Shown here: piece by piece, positions 18,918 through 29,974 of the stretch | How the letters are laid out: every line of letters starts with the position of its first letter | How positions within the stretch are numbered: position 1 is the first letter of the stretch | Assembly (NCBI GenBank): GCA_051531975.1 | Contig: JAOPTT010000003.1 | Location: 160,001 to 224,000, forward strand | Reading direction: 5' to 3' | Source: Spirochaetaceae bacterium | GTDB lineage: Bacteria > Spirochaetota > Spirochaetia > DSM-2461 | DNA: 64,000 nucleotides | Translations under genes and position numbers: made by a program | Notes under the pieces: generated by a model | Told to the model about the DNA's origin: nothing | Seen by the model: the letters and a program-made list of their open reading frames with translations, nothing else | The model's database searches: none

Positions 18918-20989
18918 ACTTCCTCCTGTAATCCAAGTTGGGATACAGCAATTTCTCTATATTCTAAACAACTTTTCAGTAACTGCTCATGGGTTCCTTT
19001 TCCTACAATCTTACCTTCATCTAATACTATAATCTGTTCTGCACTCATAATAGTTGCAACTCTTTGAGCTACTAATAAAATAGTACTTTCTCCAGTATTA
19101 GCTTTAAGATCCCGTCTTAGGTTTGCATCTGTTTTAAAATCCAGAGCTGAGAAACTATCATCAAATATATAAACAGGTGCCTTTTTCATTAACGCACGGC
19201 TTATTGCCAATCTCTGCCTTTGCCCTCCTGAAACATTTGTTCCATCCTGGGAAATTGCGAATTTATACTTCTCATCCTTTTCAGATATAAACTCTGTGGC
19301 CTGGGCTATGGAAGTTGCAGTCTCTAATTCTAATTCTGTTCCGTCAGTTTTTCCATATTTTAGGTTTGACTCTATAGTTCCTGAAAATAGTACGTTCTTT
19401 TGTGGGACAAATCCAATTACATTTCTTAGGTCAAATTGGCTAATATCCCTAATATCAGTTCCATCAACTGTAATCTCTCCACCTGTAACATCGTAGAACC
19501 TTGGAATTAAGTTAACAATTGTACTTTTCCCAGAACCAGTAGAACCTATAAATGCTGTGGTTGTACCTGGCCTGGCAGTAAAAGAGATATTTGATAGTGC
19601 ATCGGCTTCACCACCAGGGTATCTAAAGTTTACATTTTTAAACTCTATTAGGCCTTTTACATCATTAGATAAGACTTTCGGGTTTATTGGATCTAAAACC
19701 GATGGTTTTGTTTGTAGAACTTCATTTATTCTGTTTGCAGATACCGTAGCTCTTGGTACTGAAATAAAAACCATAGATAACATCATAAATGACATTACAA
19801 TTTGCATAGCGTACTGTATAAACGCCATCATATCCCCAACCTGCATAGAACCTATTGCGACTTCTTTAGACCCTATCCATATAATTACAACTGCTAATCC
19901 ATTCATTAAAAGCATAATAAGTGGCATTGCTACTACCATTGTTCTGGCAAGGAATAGGTTTGTTTTAGTTAAGTCTCTATTTACTGTATCAAATCTTTTC
20001 TCTTCGAATTTTTGTCTATTAAAGGCTCTAACTACAAGTAGACCTGATAAGTTCTCTCTTGCAACAAGGTTTAATCTATCTATAAACTCCTGAACAATTT
20101 TAAACTTTGGCATAGCTATAGATATAATTGTTCCAATAATACCTAATAAAACTATAACAGCAATCCCAATTAACCAACCCATAGATGGAGCTTTTGACAT
20201 TGCTCTAAAAAATCCACCAACACCTAATATTGGAGCGTAGATTACAATTCTAATTACCATGAATATTACATTTTGTACCTGGGTTACATCGTTTGTAGAT
20301 CTAGTTATTAAAGACGCTGTAGAGAATGTATCAAACTCTGCATTAGAGAAACTTTCAACTTTACTAAATAGATCTCTCCTTATTGTTCTAGCACTTCCGG
20401 CAGAAGTTTTTGCGCCTATAAAACCAACTGAAATTGCACATATGACAGAGACAAGAGTCATAATTAACATTAGACCACCTGTTTTTAATATAAAGACACT
20501 CTGTATAACACCCATATCTGCACCTAGAATCTCATATTCGGTTCTAACCATAGCCATAGCGCCTTGAATAATAAAATTATCATCCATACCTTCTAACTTT
20601 GATGCCATTCCTGTATCAGCAATCAGAGCTTTAGCAAAAGAGAGTTCATACTCTGGATATATTAAGTGTTTATCTGTTAGATAATATACTTCTTCTTTAT
20701 CTAGGTTTGTAAACTTTTCAGCTAAAGTAGAGTCTGCCGTTTTAACATACAGTTTTTTTGTTAAAGATAAGGTACTGCTATCCATAAAAGTTTTTATAGT
20801 ATCTAGTTTAGATTCTCTTATAACAACTGGAATTGTTGTATCAACCCCACCTTGTTGTATACCTGTATTAACTATTTTTGACATATAATCAGGTAGTGCT
20901 AAATCCATATTAGCTTGAAGGAATAGTAGCCCTATAGCCACAATTATTGGCAATGTATAGGGTCTAATATATTTAATTAGTTTAAACAT
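18914..20989 (-). CDS. Heterodimeric ABC exporter subunit (TM287/EfrC-like)
   Basis: TMD + GSTGSGKS, VSGGQ, degenerate Walker B YIFDD, VAQR switch. Confidence 0.93.
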   Translation of the reverse strand: MFKLIKYIRPYTLPIIVAIGLLFLQANMDLALPDYMSKIVNTGIQQGGVDTTIPVVIRESKLDTIKTFMDSSTLSLTKKLYVKTADSTLAEKFTNLDKEEVYYLTDKHLIYPEYELSFAKALIADTGMASKLEGMDDNFIIQGAMAMVRTEYEILGADMGVIQSVFILKTGGLMLIMTLVSVICAISVGFIGAKTSAGSARTIRRDLFSKVESFSNAEFDTFSTASLITRSTNDVTQVQNVIFMVIRIVIYAPILGVGGFFRAMSKAPSMGWLIGIAVIVLLGIIGTIISIAMPKFKIVQEFIDRLNLVARENLSGLLVVRAFNRQKFEEKRFDTVNRDLTKTNLFLARTMVVAMPLIMLLMNGLAVVIIWIGSKEVAIGSMQVGDMMAFIQYAMQIVMSFMMLSMVFISVPRATVSANRINEVLQTKPSVLDPINPKVLSNDVKGLIEFKNVNFRYPGGEADALSNISFTARPGTTTAFIGSTGSGKSTIVNLIPRFYDVTGGEITVDGTDIRDISQFDLRNVIGFVPQKNVLFSGTIESNLKYGKTDGTELELETATSIAQATEFISEKDEKYKFAISQDGTNVSGGQRQRLAISRALMKKAPVYIFDDSFSALDFKTDANLRRDLKANTGESTILLVAQRVATIMSAEQIIVLDEGKIVGKGTHEQLLKSCLEYREIAVSQLGLQEEV

Positions 20990-21434
20990 TGTTTCTCCTG
21001 TTATTTAATGATTTGGTTAATCTGTTTAATAGACTTGTTACTTCTTCATACTCTGAAGGTTCAAAGTCATCTGCTAAAAGAAGGTTACTCTCTTTAGATA
21101 GATCCATGAACTTCTGTATAAGATCATCACCTTTTGGTGCTAGATCGTGGATTTTAACCCTACGATCTTCTTGGCTCTCTTTTCTTGTTATTAGTTCCAT
21201 TTTTACTAATTTGTCTAACATCTGGCTTGCTGCAGGATTTGAGATTTCAAAGATTTTACCTACATCCTTTACCTGGCATAGACCATGTTTTTTCATTCTG
21301 AATAGACAGTTCATTTGAGGAAAGGACAGACCGTGGTCTTTTGCATAGATATGTAGATTTTTCATAGTTGTATGCATTGATATGTGATACCAGGACTCTA
21401 AACTCTTAACAAATAGCTCTTTATCTTGTGACAT
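20982..21434 (-). CDS. MarR family regulator
   Basis: ISNPAASQMLDKLV..EDRRV; overlaps the ABC gene start. Confidence 0.9.
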   Translation of the reverse strand: MSQDKELFVKSLESWYHISMHTTMKNLHIYAKDHGLSFPQMNCLFRMKKHGLCQVKDVGKIFEISNPAASQMLDKLVKMELITRKESQEDRRVKIHDLAPKGDDLIQKFMDLSKESNLLLADDFEPSEYEEVTSLLNRLTKSLNNRRNNV

Positions 21435-21449
21435 TATACCTCCAGAAAC

Positions 21450-21469
21450 TAGTTAAGTTAACTTAACTA
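21450..21469. promoter_or_regulatory. Perfect 20-bp palindrome, likely MarR operator
   Basis: TAGTTAAGTTAACTTAACTA, 15 bp upstream of the MarR start. Confidence 0.7.
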
Positions 21470-21526
21470 ATAAGTATGCTTAAGATACTAGGAGTTTAAT
21501 AAATAGTCAATAATGAAGTATAAGTA

Positions 21527-22711
21527 CTAATCTTTTAAAAGCTCAACAACACAGCGTTTATCTAAAGAGTCATAGCCACCCTTAGTAAACCCATAGGAGT
21601 TTTTATTAGATAAGTCTGATATATTTTTAATATCTTCACCCTCTCCATATACAACTTTCACAAGGTCATATAAATATATTTTGTCTAAGGATCGGCTTGG
21701 AATATAGCCACCTTTTTTACTATTTACACTAACTATTAAACCGTTACTTAAAAGTTCTGATAAAAAATAATCTAATAGGTTATAGGATATACCTAATTTG
21801 TCAGCAATTTGCCTGGATGTTAATCCAACATTATCATCACTCCTAAACTGTTCAGCAATTAATTTAAATGTTTCGAAGATTAAGGTTAATTTATCCTGGA
21901 CTGTTAACTCTTCTGGACTACCACTAAAACAGCCATTTTTATTCTGCATGTAGTAGGTAATTTCTACACCAATTAATACAAAAAGCCAAAATAGATAAAG
22001 TCCAACAAGGAATATAGGAATGATAGATAAAGACCCATATATAACAGAAGTTTGCACAGAGTTAAGTGCCCAAAATTTAAATACTATCTTAATTATTTCG
22101 AATAAAAAAGCGGATATTACAGCACCAATAGCTGCGGATCTTATCTTTACTTTAGTAGAAGGAATTATTAATAACATAATAAAAAAAGTTGTAAATGTAG
22201 ATAAGAATGGAAACAGGATAGATATAGTCTCTTTATAATCTTTAGTACCATAGGCAAAACTAGAGATATAATTCTCGATAGAACCTGTAATACTACTACT
22301 TGCCCCTAAAAGCAGACTTATAAAAACTAAAAGAGCTGTGTAGGTAGTAAACCTCGTAAATAATCCAATCTTATTTTTTACACCCCATATTGCATCGAAG
22401 TTTCTTGCGATGTTATTTATTAAAAATAGAGTTGTACCTAGAAAAAATATTGTACCAAGTGTACCTGTTGCTAAAGAGTTTCTAGTAAAATCGTTTATTA
22501 TTTCCAAGATAGCTTCTTGTTGTACAGGTATAAGAGAGTCAATTATTACCTTCTCTATGGTTCGACCTAATGTATCAAAACTACCAAAGGCAAATAACAC
22601 AGTAATAAAGGGTACTACTGCCAAAAGTGAACTATAGGCTAGACCAGAAGCTCTTACTAAACAGCTATCTTTAACAAATTTACTAACAATTATATTTAGA
22701 ACATTTCTCAT
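21527..22711 (-). CDS. YihY/BrkB family membrane protein with C-terminal winged helix
   Basis: RASGLAYSSLLAVVP, FDAIWGV, IYGSLSIIPIFL; C-terminal HTH..GGYIP. Confidence 0.88.
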   Translation of the reverse strand: MRNVLNIIVSKFVKDSCLVRASGLAYSSLLAVVPFITVLFAFGSFDTLGRTIEKVIIDSLIPVQQEAILEIINDFTRNSLATGTLGTIFFLGTTLFLINNIARNFDAIWGVKNKIGLFTRFTTYTALLVFISLLLGASSSITGSIENYISSFAYGTKDYKETISILFPFLSTFTTFFIMLLIIPSTKVKIRSAAIGAVISAFLFEIIKIVFKFWALNSVQTSVIYGSLSIIPIFLVGLYLFWLFVLIGVEITYYMQNKNGCFSGSPEELTVQDKLTLIFETFKLIAEQFRSDDNVGLTSRQIADKLGISYNLLDYFLSELLSNGLIVSVNSKKGGYIPSRSLDKIYLYDLVKVVYGEGEDIKNISDLSNKNSYGFTKGGYDSLDKRCVVELLKD

Positions 22712-22751
22712 ATAGATATTTTATACCAGATTTACCCATAAATAAAGTTAA

Positions 22752-23858
22752 CTAAATTTTAGAAGAGGAACTTCTAATAACTAACTTAGTTGGAAGAATT
22801 ACCTGTCTAGGTTCACCTATATCTTTAATTCTTTCAATAACAAGTTCAGCTGCAACTCTACCCATTGTGCAAAAATCCTGAGCAACAGTAGTCAAAGGAA
22901 CATGTAAATGACTGGCTAATTCAATATCATCATGCCCAATAATAGATAGATCTTCTGGAACTTTATATCCTAGATTAAGAGCTTCTCTCATGGATAAAGA
23001 AGCGACATAGTCATTTATACATACAAGAGCAGTAATCTTCTGATCCATTAACTTTTTCATTTTTTTGTTATAACAATCACTATAACCATATTGTTTTATC
23101 TCATCTCGAAAACCAGTTTCTACAAAAGATTCATTTATAATAATACCTGCATTTTTAAGTGCTCGACAATAGCCAAAATATCTCTGTCTTACAGAGTGAG
23201 CACTCTCTATTGAAGCATCACTAATAAAACCGATGTTTTTGTGGCCTTGTTTTATTAAATACTCTGTAGCGTTATAACAACTATTCATATTGTCTGAAAC
23301 AACAGAACTTATAGGTATTCCATCAAAATATTTATCTATAGCAACTATTGGATAATTATTAAGAAATAGTTTATTTATAATCTCAAAATTCCTTAAGTCA
23401 GTAATTGGGTAATATATAATACCTTTTGTGCCATCCTGATAAAGCTGAGCTAATAGTTTTCTTTCTGCCTCGGTATCGTTTTGAACACTGTGTATTGTTA
23501 AATAATAGTTATGATGATGAAATACTTCAGAGGCATTCTTAATTACATTAATAATGCCTCCCATTGATTGATCAAATGGAATAATGATAGCAATTCTTTT
23601 AATATCATCATTGGCTTCAGAAGTCTTTACATCTCTGTTTTTATCTTTAATTTCTGCAACAAAACTACCACTACCTTGAACACGGTAGATAAAACCCTCT
23701 AATCTTAATTCCTCGAGAGCTCTTTTAGAAGTTATACGGCTAACATTAAACTCTTTTGCAAGATCCACTTCGGTTGGAAGTTTATCGTTTGGATGTAGTT
23801 CACCCATGACAATAGATTCTTTTATCTTGTTAACTATTTTTTCGTATAATTTTGCCAT
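22752..23858 (-). CDS. AraR-type regulator (GntR HTH + LacI sugar-binding domain), paralogue A
   Basis: KLPTEVDLA..VSRITSKRAL..QGSGSFV; VPEDLSIIGHDD..PLTTVAQD. Confidence 0.92.
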   Translation of the reverse strand: MAKLYEKIVNKIKESIVMGELHPNDKLPTEVDLAKEFNVSRITSKRALEELRLEGFIYRVQGSGSFVAEIKDKNRDVKTSEANDDIKRIAIIIPFDQSMGGIINVIKNASEVFHHHNYYLTIHSVQNDTEAERKLLAQLYQDGTKGIIYYPITDLRNFEIINKLFLNNYPIVAIDKYFDGIPISSVVSDNMNSCYNATEYLIKQGHKNIGFISDASIESAHSVRQRYFGYCRALKNAGIIINESFVETGFRDEIKQYGYSDCYNKKMKKLMDQKITALVCINDYVASLSMREALNLGYKVPEDLSIIGHDDIELASHLHVPLTTVAQDFCTMGRVAAELVIERIKDIGEPRQVILPTKLVIRSSSSKI

Positions 23859-23962
23859 GACGAAACTCCTATAAAACTCAAGCGACTATTATTTTAACAG
23901 AATGATTATTATGTTACTAGTCAGTATAATTCCTTGTAAAATGTACCTATATAAAGACTTAT

Positions 23963-25372
23963 TTACAACCTCCACTCTGGTACGTTCCCATCCTCATCTC
24001 GTAACCAGGGAGTATCTTTATTCCAAGTTATTAGTCTGTTTTTAAGATCTAAAAAATTGGGATCGTTTTTCATTGTTTCAGCCAAATTATTCATCTCAAA
24101 AGGATCATTGGCCAGGTCATAAAAATAGATGTTCTCTATATTGTCATCATTTAGATCTGTAATTACAGGCTCTTCGATTTTAGTATAGGGTGTTTCAAAT
24201 GCAACTTTGTAATGGGGAGTCCTTATAGCAATTTCATGATAAGCCGTTTCAATAAAAGCCTCATTATCACCGATCGTTTCCTTATTACCATTTAATATAT
24301 CTGATAGATTATTTCCCTGAACAGAACCGGGAATTTCTCCTCCACAATAATCTATAATTGTTGGAAATAGATCAATCATTTGAGCTTGCTGTATATTGTT
24401 AATTTTTCCAGCTTCAATATGATTTGGATGGTGGAAAATCATCGGCACCCTAATAGATTCTTCGATAGGACGATCCTTGTTAAAAAGTTGCTGACTACCT
24501 AGGTTATCACCATGATCAGAAGTTAAGACTATAAGAGTATCATCAAGTAAATCATTTTCTTTAATAGACTTTATAATTTCACCTACAATCGCATCACACC
24601 ATGATACTGCCCCATAATAGAGTGCTGTTATATGACGTAGATCAAAATAATCAGGTAGTTCAGAAGTTATTGGCCTATTATTTTGATTTTTATATGACTG
24701 CTGCCATAAATAAACATGGAAGAACTCTTTATCATAGGCTAGCTTTCCATCTTTATCCCATACATTATCCCTCATAGGAATTGTTAATGGATCATACATA
24801 CGAGAATATTGGTATGGAATATCAAATATAGGCATGTGAGGGGGCAGAATATTGTAATACAGAAAGAAAGGGTCATCCCCATTTTCAGCTAAAAAGTCCT
24901 GAGCCTTTAGAATCATATGATCTTCCTGAAATCCGACCTTTTCCTGCTTTTCTCCACCGTTTTCAATTAGTGCAGCACCAGATCCAATTGAACCAGGAAG
25001 ACAACTATAATCAAAACCTATTATATGTGGATCGGGATCTATATGCCATTTACCGATAACACCGGTTTTATAACCAAGATCTTTAAAAGATTCTGCTATT
25101 GTTTTATCTTTAAGTCTTCTCCGTGTTTTATCCTTTTCCTTCCAGGCAGCATTTCCTACCGCTCCAGCACAGGTTCTACTATATTGACCGGTCATTAATA
25201 TCGATCTAGATGCTACACAAACAGGATTATTACTGATGCCCTGTTCAAAACGCATTCCTCCCTCAGCCAAAGAATCGATATGTGGTGTTTTGACAGTTTT
25301 ATTACCATAACACCCCACAGTAAATGACCGCAACTGATCAATATTTATAATTATTACATTTGGTTTTTTCAT
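23963..25372 (-). CDS. Formylglycine-dependent sulfatase (CxAxR variant)
   Basis: PNV..DQ, PVCVASRSILMTG, GKWH, PPH, SDHG; no signal peptide. Confidence 0.9.
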   Translation of the reverse strand: MKKPNVIIINIDQLRSFTVGCYGNKTVKTPHIDSLAEGGMRFEQGISNNPVCVASRSILMTGQYSRTCAGAVGNAAWKEKDKTRRRLKDKTIAESFKDLGYKTGVIGKWHIDPDPHIIGFDYSCLPGSIGSGAALIENGGEKQEKVGFQEDHMILKAQDFLAENGDDPFFLYYNILPPHMPIFDIPYQYSRMYDPLTIPMRDNVWDKDGKLAYDKEFFHVYLWQQSYKNQNNRPITSELPDYFDLRHITALYYGAVSWCDAIVGEIIKSIKENDLLDDTLIVLTSDHGDNLGSQQLFNKDRPIEESIRVPMIFHHPNHIEAGKINNIQQAQMIDLFPTIIDYCGGEIPGSVQGNNLSDILNGNKETIGDNEAFIETAYHEIAIRTPHYKVAFETPYTKIEEPVITDLNDDNIENIYFYDLANDPFEMNNLAETMKNDPNFLDLKNRLITWNKDTPWLRDEDGNVPEWRL

Positions 25373-26937
25373 AATGATTTAAGTATCTCCTCAGTATTAT
25401 GTTCAGGGACATCCCCAATTTCTGCCTGTTTTTCATCGAGAAGTTTAAGCATTTTTTTAACAATCTCTTTTTTATCAACATCAGAAAAGCAGTTGAATAG
25501 CTCTTTTGGGTCTTCCAAAGTATCAAATAATTCCCAGTCTTTTTCCTTGAATGTTCCAGGATTGGCTCCTGGCATATCACATGCTTCGTTATACCAATAA
25601 ATCAATTTGTACCTGTGATCTCTAATTCCATAATGGGCATAAGCGTTGTGATTTTGATCCTGATTCATCCAGTAACGGTGATAAGCTGTTTTTTGCCAAT
25701 ACTCCGGTTCTTCACCTTCTAGAATAGGTCGCATACTGTACCCTTGCATATAATTTGGAATAGTAATACCGGCATAATCTAACCACGTAGGGGCAAAGTC
25801 CACATTCTGAGCCATGCTATCTACTTTTATTCCTGGCTTAATAACCCCAGGATACTGAATTAAAAAAGGCATTCGAAATGATTCTTCATACATAAATCGT
25901 TTATCAAACCAGCCGTGTTCCCCTAGAAAGAAGCCCTGATCCGAAGTATAGATAACCATTGTATCCTCTGTTATGCCCTCTTCATCAAGTAGATCTAAAA
26001 GCCCACCTACACTCTCATCAATAGAAGCAATTGTTTTAAGGTATTTTTGCATATAACGCTGATATTTAAATTTCTTTAACTCTTCCCTGGTTTCAAATGT
26101 AAACTTCTCTCCGGTTCTGCTGCATATTAACTCAAAATCTTTAAGTTCTTCTTCAGTTTCTGGAAAAGGCACCATCATATTAGCTGTCCTTTTACCAATT
26201 AGTTCATACTCCTGATCTTTATATGGAACTTTAGGTTGAACAAGATCAAAGTCGATATAACTCATATCCGATTCTATACGCATCCTTGCATTTACCGCTG
26301 CTTTAGCTCTATTTTTATAATCATCATTAAAAGTTTCCGGATAAGGGATCTCATCGGTGTAAAGATCCTCGTATTTTGGATGATATTCCCATGGACGATG
26401 AGGTGCTTTGTGGTGGCACATAACAAAAAAAGGTTTGTCCTTTTCACGGTTTTTAATAAAACTTGAACATTTTTCTGTGATTATCTCTGTGGTATATCCT
26501 TTCTCTACTATCTCTTTTCCATTTTCTGTCATTGAGGGATCAAAATATTCCCCCTGGCCGTGAACAACAGACCAATAATCAAACCCGGTTGGACAGTGGG
26601 CATCACCTTCCCCCATATGCCATTTCCCCAACATGGCTGTCTGATAACCATCACTTTTTAAGTGTTTTGCTACATGGGGAAGTCTATTGTTAATGCTACT
26701 AAAAAGGGTCGTGACCCCATTCACATGATTATGTGTTCCAGTCAGTATTGCCGCCCTACTTGGAGTACAGATACTGTTTGTCACATAACAGTGATTAAAA
26801 AGTGCACCGTTTTGTGCCAGCTTATCGATATTTGGAGTCTGGTTGATACCAAATCCATAAGCGGATATAGCCTGTGCTGCATGGTCATCACTCATGATGA
26901 ATAGTATGTTTGGTTGTTTTTTCACTCTATTTTTCAT
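25369..26937 (-). CDS. Formylglycine-dependent sulfatase (N-acetylglucosamine-6-sulfatase/mucin-desulfating-like)
   Basis: PNILFIMSDDH, ICTPSRAAILTG, GKWH, HKAPHRPW, SDQGFFLGEHGWFDKR; start set at 26937 (RBS GGAGGAG). Confidence 0.92.
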   Translation of the reverse strand: MKNRVKKQPNILFIMSDDHAAQAISAYGFGINQTPNIDKLAQNGALFNHCYVTNSICTPSRAAILTGTHNHVNGVTTLFSSINNRLPHVAKHLKSDGYQTAMLGKWHMGEGDAHCPTGFDYWSVVHGQGEYFDPSMTENGKEIVEKGYTTEIITEKCSSFIKNREKDKPFFVMCHHKAPHRPWEYHPKYEDLYTDEIPYPETFNDDYKNRAKAAVNARMRIESDMSYIDFDLVQPKVPYKDQEYELIGKRTANMMVPFPETEEELKDFELICSRTGEKFTFETREELKKFKYQRYMQKYLKTIASIDESVGGLLDLLDEEGITEDTMVIYTSDQGFFLGEHGWFDKRFMYEESFRMPFLIQYPGVIKPGIKVDSMAQNVDFAPTWLDYAGITIPNYMQGYSMRPILEGEEPEYWQKTAYHRYWMNQDQNHNAYAHYGIRDHRYKLIYWYNEACDMPGANPGTFKEKDWELFDTLEDPKELFNCFSDVDKKEIVKKMLKLLDEKQAEIGDVPEHNTEEILKSL

Positions 26938-28453
26938 TTTTGTAACTCTCCTCCCACTCTTTATAAAAAGCATGTAACTTCTGTTGTATTTCACTATACT
27001 TTTTATCGCCGTATAGATTATTTAGTTCCAAAGGATCTTCTATCCTATCGAACATCATATTACCAAAATCCCGGAAATCTATATCTTTTCTTCCAACTCC
27101 CGGATCAAGCCATATCCCCAATTTATATCTATCTGTCACCACTGTTGCCTGGGACCGATTTAGACTAACAGTAAAATCTCTGAGAGAACTGGTTTTAGAA
27201 TTAGGTCTCATTAGTGGAACAAGAGATTGTCCTGAAAGTGGAATCTCATAATTAGGGATTTCACCGTCTACTAGTTCAGAAAGTGAAGGATACAGATCAG
27301 CTAGTTCTACAAGTGCCTCACTTACAACACCGGAAGCCAATTCTTTAGGATAATGCACAATAAATGGTATGCGAAGTGTCTCTTCATAAACATTATGACC
27401 CGGGGCACATTTTTCTATCATGCCGTGTCTTCCAACAAAATCACCATGATCCGCGGTATAAATTATGATTGTATTTTCATATAATCCTTCATCTTTTAGA
27501 GTTTTAACGATACTTCCGATGTGAGCGTCAATCTCAGTAACTAATCCGTAATAAGCCGCTAGGTAATCCCGGTACAGTTGCTCGTTTTTCATAGCTTTGT
27601 TTATGCACCAGACTCTATTTTCACCTTCATATTGTGACCGTAAAAGAGGAGGAAGAGTTTTTTTAATTTCATCAAAATCAGTAGGCATAGAAGCCGGTCT
27701 TTTGATACCATCAAAGGGCCTGTTATTATCTAATGAATCTTTTTTACCACTTCCCCAACTCTTTGACGAATACATATCAAAATATTTTTGCAAAGGTGTA
27801 TATGGCTGATGAGGACGATAAAATGATGACCAGCAGAAGAATGGCTTATCACTTTTTTTATTATCTTTTAAAAACTGAATTGTCTCTTTTGCCGTATATG
27901 CTTCCATGGTTTTATCATCTGGTAGCTGAGAAATCCGGAATGAAAAATCAGCATAAGGTATCTCTTTTTCAAAGGTGGAACTTCTATCCGGGCCATGGCC
28001 AAATTCTGCAGACCAGTCGTTAGTGAATTCCTCTAATAATCCCTGCTCTTTTATCCACCGGACATAGTTAAACTCATCCCCTTCTGCAGCCATATGACTC
28101 TTTTTTATATCCCATCCGGTTTCAACTTCAGGACAGAGATGACGTTTCCCAAAAGCTGCTGTTTCATATCCTTTCTTTGAGAAGTATTCACTAAGAGGCA
28201 CAGTATCCTTCACAATAGAAGGGATTTCATCATTATCAAAAACTCCAAGTCCCCGGGGATGAACTCCTGTAATCATAGAAATTCGAGACGGTGTGCAAAT
28301 AGCATCCTGACAATAAGCTCTGTTGAACTTAATTCCGCCTTTAGCTAAGTTATCGAGATTTGGTGTAGATACATCTGGGTGATTTTCGCTACTCATACAA
28401 GCTGCCTGGTGCTGATCTGAAAACAGGAGTAGAACATTTGGTTTACTTTTCAT
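26927..28453 (-). CDS. Formylglycine-dependent sulfatase
   Basis: PNVLLLFSDQH, ICTPSRISMITG, GKRH, RPHQP, ADHGD. Confidence 0.92.
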   Translation of the reverse strand: MKSKPNVLLLFSDQHQAACMSSENHPDVSTPNLDNLAKGGIKFNRAYCQDAICTPSRISMITGVHPRGLGVFDNDEIPSIVKDTVPLSEYFSKKGYETAAFGKRHLCPEVETGWDIKKSHMAAEGDEFNYVRWIKEQGLLEEFTNDWSAEFGHGPDRSSTFEKEIPYADFSFRISQLPDDKTMEAYTAKETIQFLKDNKKSDKPFFCWSSFYRPHQPYTPLQKYFDMYSSKSWGSGKKDSLDNNRPFDGIKRPASMPTDFDEIKKTLPPLLRSQYEGENRVWCINKAMKNEQLYRDYLAAYYGLVTEIDAHIGSIVKTLKDEGLYENTIIIYTADHGDFVGRHGMIEKCAPGHNVYEETLRIPFIVHYPKELASGVVSEALVELADLYPSLSELVDGEIPNYEIPLSGQSLVPLMRPNSKTSSLRDFTVSLNRSQATVVTDRYKLGIWLDPGVGRKDIDFRDFGNMMFDRIEDPLELNNLYGDKKYSEIQQKLHAFYKEWEESYKNEK

Positions 28454-28472
28454 ATTTACCTCATATAATGTT

Positions 28473-29279
28473 TCAATTTAATTTTATATAATCGTGATTT
28501 ATTATGTTTGTTCCCATATTTATATCTAATATACGGAAGCCACGTTTTGCAATTTCTCCATTGTAATCATAACCAAGGGGCTCACTTAATGAGCCTGTTG
28601 TAATCAATTCTGTATTTTTATGTTTAAGAATACGATTTCTATGAAGATGCCCGGATAAAACAATTTTTATATTGTATGTTTCTATTAATTTTATCACCCA
28701 ATTTCTCTGAACTGGGGGTAGAAAAAAATAGTCTTGATTTTCATCGGAATCATCAAAACTCAAGGGATGATGCATTAACATAATAATATTTTTACTATCT
28801 CGGTTATTAGATAGTTCATTTTCAATAAATCTCTTTTGTTTTTGAAATTTCTCTGGATAAATTTCTGAATTTTTAAGTAGCTGACTGTTTAATGCAATAA
28901 AAAATTGACCTTTAAGCATAAAGCTGTAATAATCTTCGCCTCTCACTATTGTACTATCGTGGTTGCCTTTTACTTCATAAACTGTTGAATTAATTGTATC
29001 TGTAATATCCTGATAATCCTTCCACGATGTCAGGTTTTCAGGTGAATCAACCAGGTCACCTGTATTAATAACAACATCAGGTTTTGGTTCCAACCGGTTT
29101 ATCTCATTAACTGCAAGTTCATAATATTCTTTATCGGTATTTGTATATAGAAGTTCTAACTCTTCTTCAGGAATACTCTGTTCTTCTGCCAACCGGTATC
29201 TATTTCTACTGTCAGTAAAACCTAATTGAGTATCACTTATATGTACAATTCTGAAGTTTTTACAATTTATATCATCCAT
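28473..29279 (-). CDS. Calcineurin-like metallophosphoesterase
   Basis: SDTQLG, TGDLVD, GNHD, HHP, GHLH. Confidence 0.9.
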   Translation of the reverse strand: MDDINCKNFRIVHISDTQLGFTDSRNRYRLAEEQSIPEEELELLYTNTDKEYYELAVNEINRLEPKPDVVINTGDLVDSPENLTSWKDYQDITDTINSTVYEVKGNHDSTIVRGEDYYSFMLKGQFFIALNSQLLKNSEIYPEKFQKQKRFIENELSNNRDSKNIIMLMHHPLSFDDSDENQDYFFLPPVQRNWVIKLIETYNIKIVLSGHLHRNRILKHKNTELITTGSLSEPLGYDYNGEIAKRGFRILDINMGTNIINHDYIKLN

Positions 29280-29285
29280 AACGGC

Positions 29286-29957
29286 TTAACTTTGGGCAGT
29301 CACATAAACAACATCAGGAAGAGATTTTGCATGGGACATATCATTTAATGACATTAGACGGAAAACTCCCAAACCTTGATCCACCTCTAATTCAAGCTTT
29401 GTTACACTGGATGGATCTATTCTAAACTGGGAAAAGACAATGGGCAGGGGAATGTGAAGCACATGACTCAATATAGTCAAAATTACCCCCATATGACATA
29501 CGATTGCGATTGTTTCGTCTTTTAATTCATTTACACGGTATAAATGTCCAAATCTTTCCAGCCCGAATGAAGACATACAAGAATCGAAACTTGATGTGAA
29601 TTCCTGAAACACAGGTTCCATATGCTTTCCATATGGAACCTGTTCAGACCATTTGGATTTTGTTATATCATTTCCCGGTGTCAGAACATCACAACCACTA
29701 TAATCCCAGGCATAATCTATATCGTTATAACAGCCATTTAATTCTTTTAGAAACTCATGATGTTTATAATCAAGTTTTTTTAAATTGATTATATATTCAG
29801 CGGTGTGACTTGCCCGTCCTAAAGGAGAAACTAAAAGGTGATCTATAGGAACCTGAAGAAGACTTTCTGCTAAAAGTTCCGCCTGACGATGTCCTTTATC
29901 AGTAAGTGTATCATTTGCATAGTCTGGATCACCATGTCGAATAAGAAGTAATTTCAT
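29286..29957 (-). CDS. Histidine phosphatase (phosphoglycerate mutase family)
   Basis: LIRHGDP, SPLGRA, E, CHMG. Confidence 0.92.
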   Translation of the reverse strand: MKLLLIRHGDPDYANDTLTDKGHRQAELLAESLLQVPIDHLLVSPLGRASHTAEYIINLKKLDYKHHEFLKELNGCYNDIDYAWDYSGCDVLTPGNDITKSKWSEQVPYGKHMEPVFQEFTSSFDSCMSSFGLERFGHLYRVNELKDETIAIVCHMGVILTILSHVLHIPLPIVFSQFRIDPSSVTKLELEVDQGLGVFRLMSLNDMSHAKSLPDVVYVTAQS

Positions 29958-29974
29958 CTGTTTACCATACCCTT

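Noticed and set aside
18914..20989. Degenerate Walker B as a sign of pseudogenisation
   Set aside because: Normal asymmetry of TM287/288-type heterodimeric exporters.
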